Below, in pieces: positions 13,667 through 26,100 of a DNA stretch of 59,086 bases. The notes beneath the pieces were generated by a model, which was not told the DNA's origin, did not search any database, and saw nothing but the letters and a program-made list of their open reading frames with translations. The position numbers and the translations under genes are program-made. Numbering within the stretch: position 1 is the first letter of the stretch; every line of letters starts with the position of its first letter. Source of the DNA: Perkinsus olseni (taxonomy: Eukaryota); assembly GCA_013115125.1 (NCBI GenBank), contig JABANN010000159.1, positions 1-59,086 of the forward strand, in the 5' to 3' direction.

Positions 13667-15660
13667 TCATCGACGTCTTCGCTTGTGTGCCGACGACGAC
13701 GCCGAGGGGGCGGACGGGCGCTGCCGAGGAGGTGCGCGAAAACCAAGGGACTTGAGGACTGTGGACTGGCCGGAGAGGTTGACGGGCCTGGAAAGAAGCG
13801 GCTCAGTCCAGCTCACGGAAGACCGTTCCCTCGAGTAGAAGAGTCTCACTCGATGGCAAATCCAGCCCAGACAGGCTTGGTGTAGGGCCAGTGAGGTTCG
13901 GGTAGGCCCTCGTCAGGGTCCACTTTCGTCGGGGCTGTCACGGCCTTGGGCTCGGGAGTCGACTACAGTGAGAATGATCGGGGCATATTGAAACCGACGA
14001 GAACTCACCTTCTGCTTCTGATGCTGCTGCTGTTTGTCGTGTGCGTGGATGACGGCGTCCGGTACCGCCCACGCGCTCTTCGCTTGGGCCGGGGCAACGG
14101 AGCCTGAGGCGACAGAATACGTACAACGGGGACGCCTTCCTGGACCACCTGCTGGAGGGACCATCGAAGCCTGGTAGCCAGGCGGCGGTGGCGGCTCTGG
14201 ATGCGACAACGCGGGCGGAGGAGAGAGATTGGGGGGCGTTGGGGACAGAGGCAAGGTCTGAGAGATCATAGCCGGTAAAAGACGTCTTCGCTCCGCCGTG
14301 GCGGGAGGGCCCCTACCATCCAATCTGGAAGCTTCCCCTGATGCTTGGTGAAGGCGGCGAAGTCCACTGGCTGAGCACGCATCGGGAACATTTGCCGCTG
14401 ACGGTTTGGACCCCACCCGGACAGGAGGCGGCCGTCAAGTACGTTGGCCAAGTTGAGAGCATCGACTGGGGTGGTCGTGCAGCAGATGAGGACGGCCACC
14501 TCCGTGGACCAGATCTTATTAAACGTTATGGTGTGCTGCGGCTCGGGGAGGTAACCGTGCAAGTAGACGGTCTTGATACGACCTCGACAGCCACCGCCCA
14601 GCAGACCCCGCCACCAGACGCTCCTCGTGTCTACCTGATGACCCGGGGGGACTGTACGAAGCTCGGGCTCCCAGGAGAGGGGAACAGCAAACACGACGGA
14701 GTCCACGGAACCGAGAGAGCCCCAAGAGCGAGGGGAGGACTGGGCAGATCGATCGAAGGAATCCAGCCTGGCGATGGCAGTAACCAGCAGTTGCTCAGGG
14801 TCGATGCCGATGTTTCGCTCCGCTAAGATATCATCATTGGGGAAAAGGTTGCCGTCCGTAGGTTGAATCAGTTGTACTGCGACCTCGATGGCCCCTGCCG
14901 CCGGCCCTTTAGGTATCCAGTGGGCGCAGAGGGTTCTCTCAGGGCCTAGGTGGGCTCGGAAGAAGGAGACCGCCTGACGGCAGACCGCAGCGTGATCCAA
15001 AGGCACTACGGAGCTGGCCGGCTTCCTAGGCAGGGATACGTGGATCTGCATCCTCACAGGGCAGATGACCGTCATCGACGTCTCGCACCTCATGACCAGT
15101 ACACGATACTTGATGCTCTTAACCAAGGCCACGGATAAAGGCTGCCCAGCCCCTCTGTAACGGAAGGGCGAATACCCACCAGCCATCGCCGTGAGGGCCT
15201 CGTCTGTCTGCAGTGCCTCAGCGGAGCCCGGGGGAGGTGGGGGTGGAGGCAGGACTGGCGGCGGAGGCGGAGGAGGCGGTGGGGGAGGAGGCGGCGGCGG
15301 CGGTGGTGGTGGAGGCTGCTGACCACCGACTGGAGGTGGGGGAGGAGGTGGCGGCGGCGGCGGTGCTGCTGCTGCATCGCCATTTCTGCTCCTAATGCGA
15401 GTTCTCCTCCGCCGTGCCTTAGTAGGGGCCTTCTTCGAGGCCTGTGTCGCATCATCTCCCTCCTGCTCGGCGGCCTCCTTGTCATCTGTTTCAACATCAG
15501 GACTGGTCTCTTGCTCCACTAGCTCATCTTGCTCTTCCTCAACGCCATAGTCGGTCTCCGGCGGTGCTAACATAGCCACCTCCGGATCTGCTTCGTCCTC
15601 ACTCAGACTGACGTAGCCCTCGGCCCGGGACAACGTTTCAGTGGCCGCTTCCTCGCTCAT
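13667..15660 (-). CDS. Hypothetical protein with acidic N-terminus, polyproline tract and globular central region
   Basis: Long ORF 14266-15690 (ATG 15660) plus downstream GT-AG exons ending AHKRRRR*. Poly-Pro at ~15233-15364. Confidence 0.7.
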
Positions 15661-15785
15661 AACGGGGAGGGAAGTGACTAAAAACAACACCCAGATCAGA
15701 CCCGCGCCCCCTCCCAGAATTGCACCACTCCAACGCTACACGCGAGGACGCTCATCTACTAAGCCCGCTTATCACCATCACTACT

Positions 15786-15812
15786 ATCATCATCATCATC
15801 ATCATCATCATC
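15786..15812. repeat. (ATC)9 microsatellite
   Basis: Nine perfect ATC units, upstream of the Pro-rich gene start. Confidence 0.95.
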
Positions 15813-16233
15813 ACAGCCCAATAAGGGGTTCAAATAATACTCTAACTCCCGATGCGGGATATGGAAAAATAACATCTAGTAACCGGCAGCGTCACCAGCA
15901 CGATCATGGAGTTTCGTGGCGCGCGACATTTATTTGGACGATTCCTTCTGAGCCTCTCCCGCGGACTTCTCCTCTTTCGCCTTCGACTTGCCGGGAAGGG
16001 CCGGGAAGTCCGACTCATCGAAAACGAAGTCCTTCCTGGCCGGCTTGGCAGCAGCGCCACCTAAAGCGACGGTGAAACGATGCATGATGATGGTGTAGAT
16101 AGATGAGTTCTGTGCCGTCTATCTACCGACTACTCCGAACTCCTAATGTCATCAATAAGTCCCGACCTCGAGGCGAACAATCACCAAAATGAGATAACGA
16201 TGACGGCCCCCTCGAACCACCCCGACGTGAAAT

Positions 16234-19200
16234 TTACCGTACGAAGAAGAACCCCCTCGTACCTCTAGATTTGGATGAGGATGACGCGCCCTTTGCGACA
16301 GCTGCCGTTCCTCCTCCTCCTCCCCACGCGCCCCCTCTCATCTTGTTTCTGAGGCGCGGCTGAGCGTCTCGCGCCCCCACAAATTTTCCCTCGGTAGGCG
16401 CCGATTCTCCCTCGATGGTGCCATTCTGATGCAGTCTAGCACTCGTCCCCGACTCTATTATTTCCTTCAACATCTTCTCCGCCTTCTTCACCGCCTCCTC
16501 GGCCCCTCTTATCACACAGACGGCTGCGGACCCGGCCTCTGTCCGCTTGCTAAGCTGGACGTCAGTGCACAGCGTCGAAGTCTGAATTTTATGCAACTGA
16601 CACAGCTACAATAGATCAGACGCGCTGAGAGCTAGTATATTACCGTCCTCCCTCCTGGACCGAGGACGCTGGGCACTTTATCAGTTGGGATCTCCACCTC
16701 TTTGGTCGTCATCAAGGCCAGCAAAGCCCTATGCTCCGCCACCGCACGACGAAGCAACTAACAGCAGGAACAGATTCCCACTACACGCCCCGTCCCGGAT
16801 TACCTTGATTGCTAATGCCACCTCAGTAGGTCCACCAACAACCTTCACGTTCCTCACCTCACCACCCTTCCTGCCCTCCTCGATGTGGAGAGTCGTCCCC
16901 GAATCCCGAGCTATCTGATGCAGCGTAGCCGCCCTGTTCGTACTGAGCATGTTCACCACCGCCTCCCCCAACTGCACATCTCCTACACACTCCTTGACGG
17001 TCTCGAAAACCTCCGCCGTCCCACTGGTGTCGATCAACTTATCAATCAACGCCCGAGCCTTAGTAACAGCTTGACCGTTGCCTAGCAGCTCTAGCCTAGC
17101 CCCCTGCCCTTCTCCCCCTTTCCGCAACGACAGCCGGACCAGTCCCGCCTTCCTCTGGATGTTGCGCAAGTTGGCCGCATCCGCCCAGATGTGGCCGTGC
17201 TCGGGACTCACCGGCATCGTAGTAGTAGCCAAGGAAGCCTCTTCGACGAGCTGCTGAATATCTTTAACCGCTTCATCAATCTCACGCTCCAAACTTGGAT
17301 CCTTATCCAACGGCAGCAGCACCTGCAGTGTCGTATCAGAGTCCCTCAGTATCGTGCAACCGCATTGTCTCCTGATGGTTGCAAACCGGCTGGCCACGCT
17401 GCTGTGAGCACTCTGGCCGGCGCCAAAGAGTCTGTCCAGGACCTCCTTGCTCGCGCACTTCACAACTCGCCGCGCCACGCTGTTGGCATACTCCCGGACC
17501 ATCCTCAGGCCCGTTGCAACGTCATTAGCGCTCGCCCCGCGAATAGTGACGTTGGCAGTACCGGTGTTTTTGTGGGCGTTGGGGTCCGGTGGAGGGCCTT
17601 TAATTTGAATTTGGCACTTCGAAAAGAACTCCAATTTCCTGACATTCTCTCCTCTATCGCCTACTACGCACTTCGCCACTCCCACGTCCAGCTTCAGAGA
17701 GGTATCCCTGAACTCCCCTCGACGGCTGCCTCCTTCCCTATGGTCCCCTCCACCACCCCCTGAACCTGTGCGTGGCCGCGGCCGCTCATTCACAGCCGTG
17801 TGAAGCTCCTCAACGACCTTATCGATCTGTTCCGCCTCAGGGCCGTAGATAGTTATAGAGTCCCCCTTAGCATCCTTCACTATCACGACGCCGTGACGCC
17901 CCTCCAGCTGATGGGCCAGTTGAAAGACCCTCCTCCTGATGTTGGTCAGCACATTCGGATTAGTATTGCCGTTGTCGGGAAGGAGACTCGTACACCGGCT
18001 CGAACTGGGATTGAAATTCCCCAATCGCGCGGCCGCGTTATCAACGGCCTCCTCCGTCACCCCCGTCACTCGCACTCCTTTAAGCGTCCGCTTCTCCCCC
18101 ATCCATGGCTGCAAACAAACTCTGTACTCCTTCTCCCACTTCTGAGCCAATGGCCCAGAGTTGCCATTAGGAAATAGCAAGTCGAGCAAGATTGCCGAGA
18201 CACCCGCATCCTTCGCGATCTCTTTATTATGCAACTGTTCTGGCCGCGGGGCTTCCTCCAATCCCAGTATCTGCTGCAGCCTATGAGCCACTCGACCGGC
18301 TGCTCCCTCCTGCGGAGCCCTTTGTGGTCGCGCTGGCTTGGGCGGGCTCTCCTTCTTCCACTGGCTCTGCTGCTGCTGTTGTTGTCGCTGTTGTACGTCG
18401 CTCTTAATGGCATTAACACGGTGCTGGAAGGCTCGGAAGGCTTCCTGCTCCACCAACCGACCCAGCTGAGTCTCCAGCTCCTCCTGCATCGCCTTAGCCT
18501 CCTTAGCATCGATCGAGTTGCTGTTCTCGGATCCATCCAGTGCTGTGGACAAGTCATAGCTGAAAAACTTCACTCACCACCCAGCCGGAGAGCCCAATCG
18601 TCCTTCCTACATTTGTAGCCTCAGCTGTTGCACCGTCCCCCTGAAGGAGGGTTTAGGCTGCAAAGCGGCCCTCTCAGACTCCACCGTGCGCGTCAGTTTC
18701 CTGATGAACTCAGCACAGCTGCTCCGGTCGGTCTTGCTTGCTTTCAACAGGGTGGCCTACGCTGACGAGGTGATATCGATGAGTTTCAAGGGAACGGACC
18801 TCTTTCTCAAGTTTCGCAGCTAGCTCCTCGAAATGAGCGGTGGCTTCCGTCGGCACGGCTGGCAACTGCGCCTCATTCTGAAAGCACACTTATTACTCCA
18901 GTTGGTCGAGCCCAGCGCGGTGGACGTGAAGACCCCCGTTAGAACGCTAGGCCACTTGTAAAATACTACCGGAACTGTGACAACGCCCGCAGCTTCCTTC
19001 GCTTTCTGCTCATTGCGCAACTTGTTCTTCCTCCTCCTAGCGCTAGTACTCATCACGAATCCACTGGATGACTGTGAGGAAACACTTGCCCTCTCCAAGG
19101 TGTCCTCCGGTGACGATGGAGCCGGGACCGGAGACTGCAAGGAAACAACGGGTAACTTCACGTCGCGGCCACGTAAAAATCCCCACCCACAACTACTACC

Positions 19201-19268
19201 TCCTCAACCTTTGCAGCAGCCTCCGACTGTTGTTTCGGCTTCGGCTTCCCCTTCTTCTTGTGTCCCAT
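16234..19268 (-). CDS. Multi-KH-domain RNA-binding protein
   Basis: KH signature CVVGDRGENVRKLEFFSKCQIQI...VTIRG plus several degenerate KH repeats. ATG 19268 (MGHKKKGKPKPK). Large exon ~16770-18573. Internal exon boundaries only partly resolved. Confidence 0.82.
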
Positions 19269-20136
19269 AGCAAACCAGTCCAACTGACGCTGCCAACAAT
19301 TCCACACAGAACGCGAAACGGCTGTTACAGCAACCTCGGTCCGACGATGATGCTATTCGAGGGAATTGCGCAACATGATTTTCACAGAGAAGTGCAAGGT
19401 GCAAGCAGCCACAATAATTATTAGAACGCCGCAGTCTACTCTCTCCCTTCCAACTCAGCTTTTACGGTTTTTTCACAGCTGCCTTTGCGTTCACGGAAAG
19501 AATTGAGAAAAATCATTAACAGAGGCCTTCCTGTCGGACGACGATAATTTGACGCTGAGGAATATTAGGACGGTTATCCGAGTATATGCAAACGCCGTTC
19601 GGCGTTGTGCTCAAGTCCGTCCATCAATCCACTTATCGACGTCCCTAATGTTGCAACCGCCCACATCACCGCCTCAGTCGAAAAAGAGCGTCGCCTGGCT
19701 GATGAGACCGTGAAAAGATGCCCTTCGTCGGCCACGCAAGAGAGCTCACGGAGACGTCTGGGACGGCTGCTGAGTCCAGGCAGCGTTAACACTTTTGAAA
19801 TGATCATTGAGAACGAGAGCACTGCGGCGCAGACGTGATCGCAAAATTGTTACTTGCATCCAAAAAAATTTGCATGAAAACATTTTTGACCTAAATGCAC
19901 GCACGAGGCCGGCGCCTGTCAGCTTTTGGTTAGAGGAACAGATGGAGTTATCTTTTCATACCGTCTTATGCATGGTCGAGCTGTGGATACCCTTACCACC
20001 GAGAGGCTGTTATTCTTTAGAGTTCGCGTTATTTTCAGTGAGCTCAATGGCGAGGAGGGGACCGAAAGGCGAGGAGGGGAATCTTGGGAGTATCTTTATC
20101 TCAGCTGTACCACCCCTTTGTGGATTCAGCCGCATC

Positions 20137-23100
20137 ATGTCCGAACCTCCGTCAGACCAGAAATCCTCCTCCAATGCTCTCGAGGACACCGTTAATAAGC
20201 TGTTCAATCGGCTTTATAACGGCGAGATGAGTACGCAGGATTTGGTGAATGTACGGTTGGGAGAAGGCAGAGGAAAAGGAGAAATTGCTTGCTCTTCGTC
20301 GCCTCAGATGATGCTACAGTTCTCGCGCGAACCTGATGTCGGGACGCCACCGACGAATCATCATATTTTTGAGCACATGATAGTCAATCTGTGTGATGAA
20401 CTTAGGTTTATCACGAGGTACTAAGGAGGGCCGAGTGGGGGTATCTTTGGGTTGAGCTTGCGTTTCATGAGTGGTGAGGATACTCTGCATCAGATATCCC
20501 TCCAATGAGCTTCGCATCACTGCGGAATTGATCGGGCAATTGCTGCGATTCGATCTTGTCTCGCAAGTCCATAAGAAGGTCATTCTGGAGACCAAGGAGT
20601 AATAACAGCATGGGCTGCTTCTAGTACATATCACCCGCCCTAGGTACACCCCCTTGCAGATCTGCATGAGGGTCATCCTAGATTCCCTCAAAAGGCCCCC
20701 TTACTCGAGGATGTTCCGCTTCGGTGTACTACTATTTTTCGCTCTCCTTCGGTCCTCCATCCTCCCCTGTGCAGGTGCTCATCGTCGAGCAGTTTTTGGA
20801 CCGCATAGCCCGCTGGCCGCAGCTCTGTGCCGCCTTAGTGTCCGAGCGAGGAGTAGGGCCGCAGTTCAAGAGCTGCTATCCGGACTACTATGAGTACTAT
20901 TCACCGCTCGGTGCCATACCATCTATTCACCTCATCCTAGTTATCTGGTCGAGCTGTTGAACGCCATCCCAGCCGAGTACCGCGATAGGCCAGTGATTGA
21001 CCATTCGCTATTGCTGCAGCAGTGGATTCACCTGCCTCCAGCTCCCGAGCTCTACCCCCCACCACTGCAGGAGAAAGAGGAGAGGGAGCTCCATGCAGCC
21101 CGGGTGGCAGCCTTCAAGGCCGGCAAGCCGATGCCTCCACCCCACAGGGACCTGGTAGTATTCGTGCTGTATCACGGGGAAGGGGATCGTCATCACATCT
21201 CAGCCTGCCGCTTCCGCTGCCCCAGAGAAGGCTAGGAATGCCTCGCCGGAGTCGGGCAGTAGCCCTCAGCAACAGCAGCAGCAACCGGTTATCATACCGG
21301 TCGATCGAATTCTCTCCGATGAGAAGGTGGGGCTCAGTCGACCGTCAGTTGAATCGCATCCCTTGTCGCTCAGACGATGGCGGGCATCCCTGCCCCTCCT
21401 GATTGGTTCTGTGATCTCACGATGCAGACCTTCAACTCCCTCACTCCGCAGAATCTCCATGAGAAGGCGGCTGAACTTAGAGAGGTAGTAATCAACCCGA
21501 GCTCAGCGATGCCCCTCAGTGTTGCTGCCATTGATTTCAGCATCTCAAGCCTGAGTTCTTCCAGTGGTTTTCGATGTACATGGTGAAGAACCGAGCGGCG
21601 AAGGAGGTCAACCTTCAGCCATTGTTTTTGCAGGTAGATTCCTGTGGGTGTCAGATTTTTCCCATTTGAATTTTCTCAGTTCCTGGACGCCCTAGGCCAG
21701 AACAAACTCATCGACTATGTCACCCAGAGCACGTTCACTCTGTTACACTTGCTTCTATCGGACGATGCTCTGGACATGGCGGTGGTGTCACCAGCGCACA
21801 GGACTGCCCTCAAGAACCTTGGCAGCTGGCTTGGCAGTGTAGGTGGCACCGAGTGAGACTTTCCTTTAGGGGCTTCGCTGCAGATTACTATCGGTCGCAA
21901 CCGTGCCTTGAAGGCGAAGGATCTTGACTTGAAGCAGCTGCTGTTGGACTCCTACTCGTGTGGTCGTCTCACCGCCACTTTGCCTTTGGCATGTAAAATT
22001 TTGGAATCGCTGAAGGACTCGCGGACGTACAGACCGCCCAACCCCTGGAGCAATGCGCAGCTAAGCCTACTGGCGGAGATCCACGATGTAGGGGAAGTTG
22101 GGTACGGAAGGAGGGGCGTATAATGAACACTACGACATGAAGATTCACTTGGCTTCATCCCTGGCTGTATACAAAATTCATTCTATTCTTCATAGTACAT
22201 TTTTCAATACGGGTCTCTAATTGCAAGATACCATTAAATTGGTATAACACGGGTGGAGGTGGCCGTGTCAGGTACCGAACCTCCGCACTAATTTGGTGTT
22301 CGAGATCGAGCTTTTGGCGAAGAAGTTGGACTTGTCGCCATCCTTCCGGGAATACAAGAAGACAGATCTGTTGGCGGGAAGAAGCATGCCTGAGGGTGAG
22401 GGAGGGACTCGTGGCTATTTTGTGGCGCGTGACGAGGGTTGCTTCGTTGTTGTCAGATTCCCCTGATATATCGAAGGTCCCCCATCCGATTGCTGCGATG
22501 GCTCCGACTCGCACAGAGCCGCCTCCGCGCCAGGGTGGTGCGGTACCACCTGGACACCCCGGGCCCCCAACAGCGGCAACGGCTGCCTCCCCGCAAATTG
22601 ACTTCTCTCAACGCATCGCCAATGCCATGAATATGGCCAACCTACGGCAACAGGCGGCCGCCCAGGTCTCCACGCCACCCCAGGCAAGGATGCCTCCGAT
22701 GCCGCCTACTGCCGCTACTGCAGGGCAGCGTCCGATGGGTGTACCCCCAGTACCCGTCCCGTCGGTGGCCTCCATGCAGCCAGCGAGCTCCTTCGCAGCG
22801 CAGGCACAGGGCTCGGGGGCTGGACAGCCTGCTGGGGAGAATGAAGGCTTCATACTTCCTAACCTGCCGAGCCTGGTTATCATCGACCCCAATGTGGAGC
22901 TCTTCCGCCTGCAGCCCAAACTGAAGCCGATAGTTCCGCTGGCGATGGACAGGGCCATCCGGGACATCGTCACTGCAGGTAGCGAAGACTCCGCTGTTCC
23001 GGCTTGAGGGGGCCATATGTCTCTTCTCAGTGGTCGAGCGTAGCGTGTCCATAGCGACCCTGACGACCAAGCAGATTGTGCTGAAGGACCTAGCAATGGA

Positions 23101-26100
23101 GCCTGATGAGAAAGTGGTCAGGAAAGCTGCTCAGCTGATGGTCTCCAACCTTGCTGGTGCTCTGGCTCTCGTCACCTGCCGGTAGTATCACGCCCGCCCC
23201 TGGCCATGCATCGGAGTCTATCGCTATCAGAGAGCCCCTTCGTCTGTCACTGACCAATCACCTTAAGGCTCTCCTCAACCCTGGGAACGCCGCACCCCCG
23301 CAGGACTATCAGGAGAATGCTCTTATAGAGCAGGTAGGAAGAGGCGAGCTCCTGTAGGTGATGACGAAGTCTCGTGGTGTTCAGGTTATTTCTACTGTCA
23401 CTGCGGACAACTTGGAGCTCGGCTGTCAGCTCATTGAGAAGATTGTCTGTGAGAGGGCGGTTAAGGAGATCGATGTTGTCTTCCAACCAGTGAGTTTACG
23501 TCCTAGCTCTCCCCTTTTAGTAGTGGTAGTTGTGGTAGGCTTACGAGGCTCGTCGAAAGCACAGGGAGAAATACGGTCCCAACGGCCCGCAGTTCGTGGA
23601 CTCGGAGTTCTACAATATTAGCGGCACTTGGCCGAACTCGCTGCCGAGCAGCCTACGACCGAGACCAGGACCACTCCCGGCCAGAGAGCTCAGGGTAGGT
23701 GAAGTGAAATTGAAGGAATGAATGTTTATGACGTGCATGTGCTCCCCCATGATGACCACGATTGCTCGCTGTTGGTTCAGCGGGGATCTTTGAGTTGCAT
23801 AGTGGCCGGGTGCTCAGGTCTATCGCGACTTCCTCACGAAAGTGAGGCCCCCCGCAACGGGTGGGGTACCTCCACCAATGAGCGGAGCGGTGCCGGCGGA
23901 TATTCAACGCAGAATTGTAGGAGCGCCTCCTGGGGTAGGGGGGAAGTAGCGGCGAGGGCTGTTCATGGAGGTCGCGTCAGATGCAGCCAAGTGCTCCACA
24001 GCCGCCGGCCTTGCCATCATTAGTGCAAGTGCAGAGCATCGTGAAACAGTTGCATGCGCAGGTAGTAGCACTTGGGTGGGTATTGTGGTGACGGACTGAG
24101 GCACATCTTTCTCTAGGCTTCGGGTGCGGTCCATCAGCTTGAGTCGCTGCCGACAGAGGGGCCTCAAGGGAAGGTCTGGCGGTTCACTCGAACCCTACTC
24201 ACCAGCGGTTTGGAGGAGGTCATTGCTCGTGCTGCTACCAACGAGAGGGTAATGGTTTTCGAAGGGACTTGACAGTCCTGTAGTTATCGTGTACTAGGTT
24301 TTGACCATGCCTGAGATCAGCGACACTCAGAGGCCCCAGCTGGATAGCTTCTATGCCATGGTCGGCCTCTGTAGCCTTACTACACCATCAGAGGAGGCAG
24401 GCAATCCCAATGCTGGTCTTACCGGGTGGCAGGTAGGTGGCGCCGGGCAAGGCCTTAACGCGTGGTGGGATCCATTCTCGTCGTAGTTGCTATTGAAGAA
24501 TCTGGATGAGATCCTCAAGCACGACCCCGGCCTGGCAACGGTCGTGGTGTCGCACGTACTCAAGGAGATGAATCGTAAATTCGACCAGCTGGCTGCCATG
24601 TACGTCGGAGTCAACGTGCTCGCTGAGAAGACCAAAACTGATGTAAGCGTGCTTGAGGGTTGCAACCTTGTCGTGGAGAATTATGGTCTGCTTCCAGGCG
24701 GCAGCAGCAGTGGCGATCAAACAGCAGCTGCAGTGGTCGCAGAGTCACGTCACTGAGGCTCATGTCCGCCTAGAGCTCCACTTGGCCATGCTCGGTACTA
24801 CAAAGGCCCTCACCCTGCCTTGAACCATCCTCTTCGTTGCTGCAGGTGTGGTGCTCCAGACTGTTGGGGCTTCTAGCGAAGACACCGCCTTGCGGGTGGT
24901 ACAGACCCCATTGCTGGCCTTCTGTGTTGAGCTATTGCATAGGAAGCTACTCGGTCATACCGTAGAGTAATAAGGGGGCTTCCTTTGCTGCTCATGGAAT
25001 CATCGACGTTATTCTTGCCCAGCGGCCAAACACAAGCCCCAACCACGGAGGCTCAAAGGCAGGCGCTGCAGCTGGTGCTGTGTGGGGTGATTCGATACTC
25101 GCTGGTGAAGGAGTCGGAGGTGGATACGATATTGCAGAGGCTCTTGACCGAGTACAAGTCCCCGCAGAACACTATGTTTGTGGTAATTCTCCGAGGCAAT
25201 TCTCGGGCGGTTTCACAGCAACCTTTGGCTGATGGGCAGGTTACGTTCCTCCAACTTGTCTTGAACAAGATGCGCATCTCGACAGTGCAGAGTTGGGTGC
25301 ATTCGATTGAGGTTATCCAGAGGATAGGCCTGCGCCTCAGGGAGCAGATGCAGCACCCTGGATCTCACTTGGTAGGGGTCTGTCTTCTGGCGGGGAGGGT
25401 TGATCATGTTTTGGTTAGAGCACGTTGGAGAAGCAGTTGGCTATGACTACCGCACAGTTTGTGGAGGCTTGCAAGCATTCGGCCCAGGTTCTATACCCGG
25501 AGAGGGTATTACAATACCGAAGGGTAGTACGGCAGGGATCTCACCACGAGTTCGACGAGTATTCGTCTCTTCCGCAGGCACTCACCTTGAACAAAGCGCC
25601 CCAGAACGCCGTGCCGCCGGAGGCCATCCACTACCTTGCGATACATGTAAGGGCTCACTTCCGACTACACCAGGGGAAGCCTTTTCGTTATAGGTTCCGC
25701 CGTCCTCGCAGTTGCAGCCGCCGAGCAGCACCAAACCCCTCGTGGACAGCGTAAGTGTACTCCATCGTGTTGCCGGGCGCCGATGTTTAAGTTGGTCGTA
25801 GATTCCTGAGGCTACCAAGGCGTCTTACGTTGAGGCGTATGAAGCTTGGCGGAAGAAGACTTCTGAGGAGCTCAATCTTCCCTGCGAGCTGCCCGCGACC
25901 AAGGATGCCCTGAAGCGGTCTAAGATTCACTATCTTAAGGAGTACTTCATTTCCAAGGTAACTGACGGCGTTCTCTAATGGCGCGGCGGTGACTCCTGTT
26001 CTCAGGGGCGGCCTGTCGGGACTAATGAGCAACCTGGCTGGTTCCCCGGCTTCCTCGCCGTGGTCGTTGCCCATGTCATCGATGTAGCTTCCAAGGAGAC

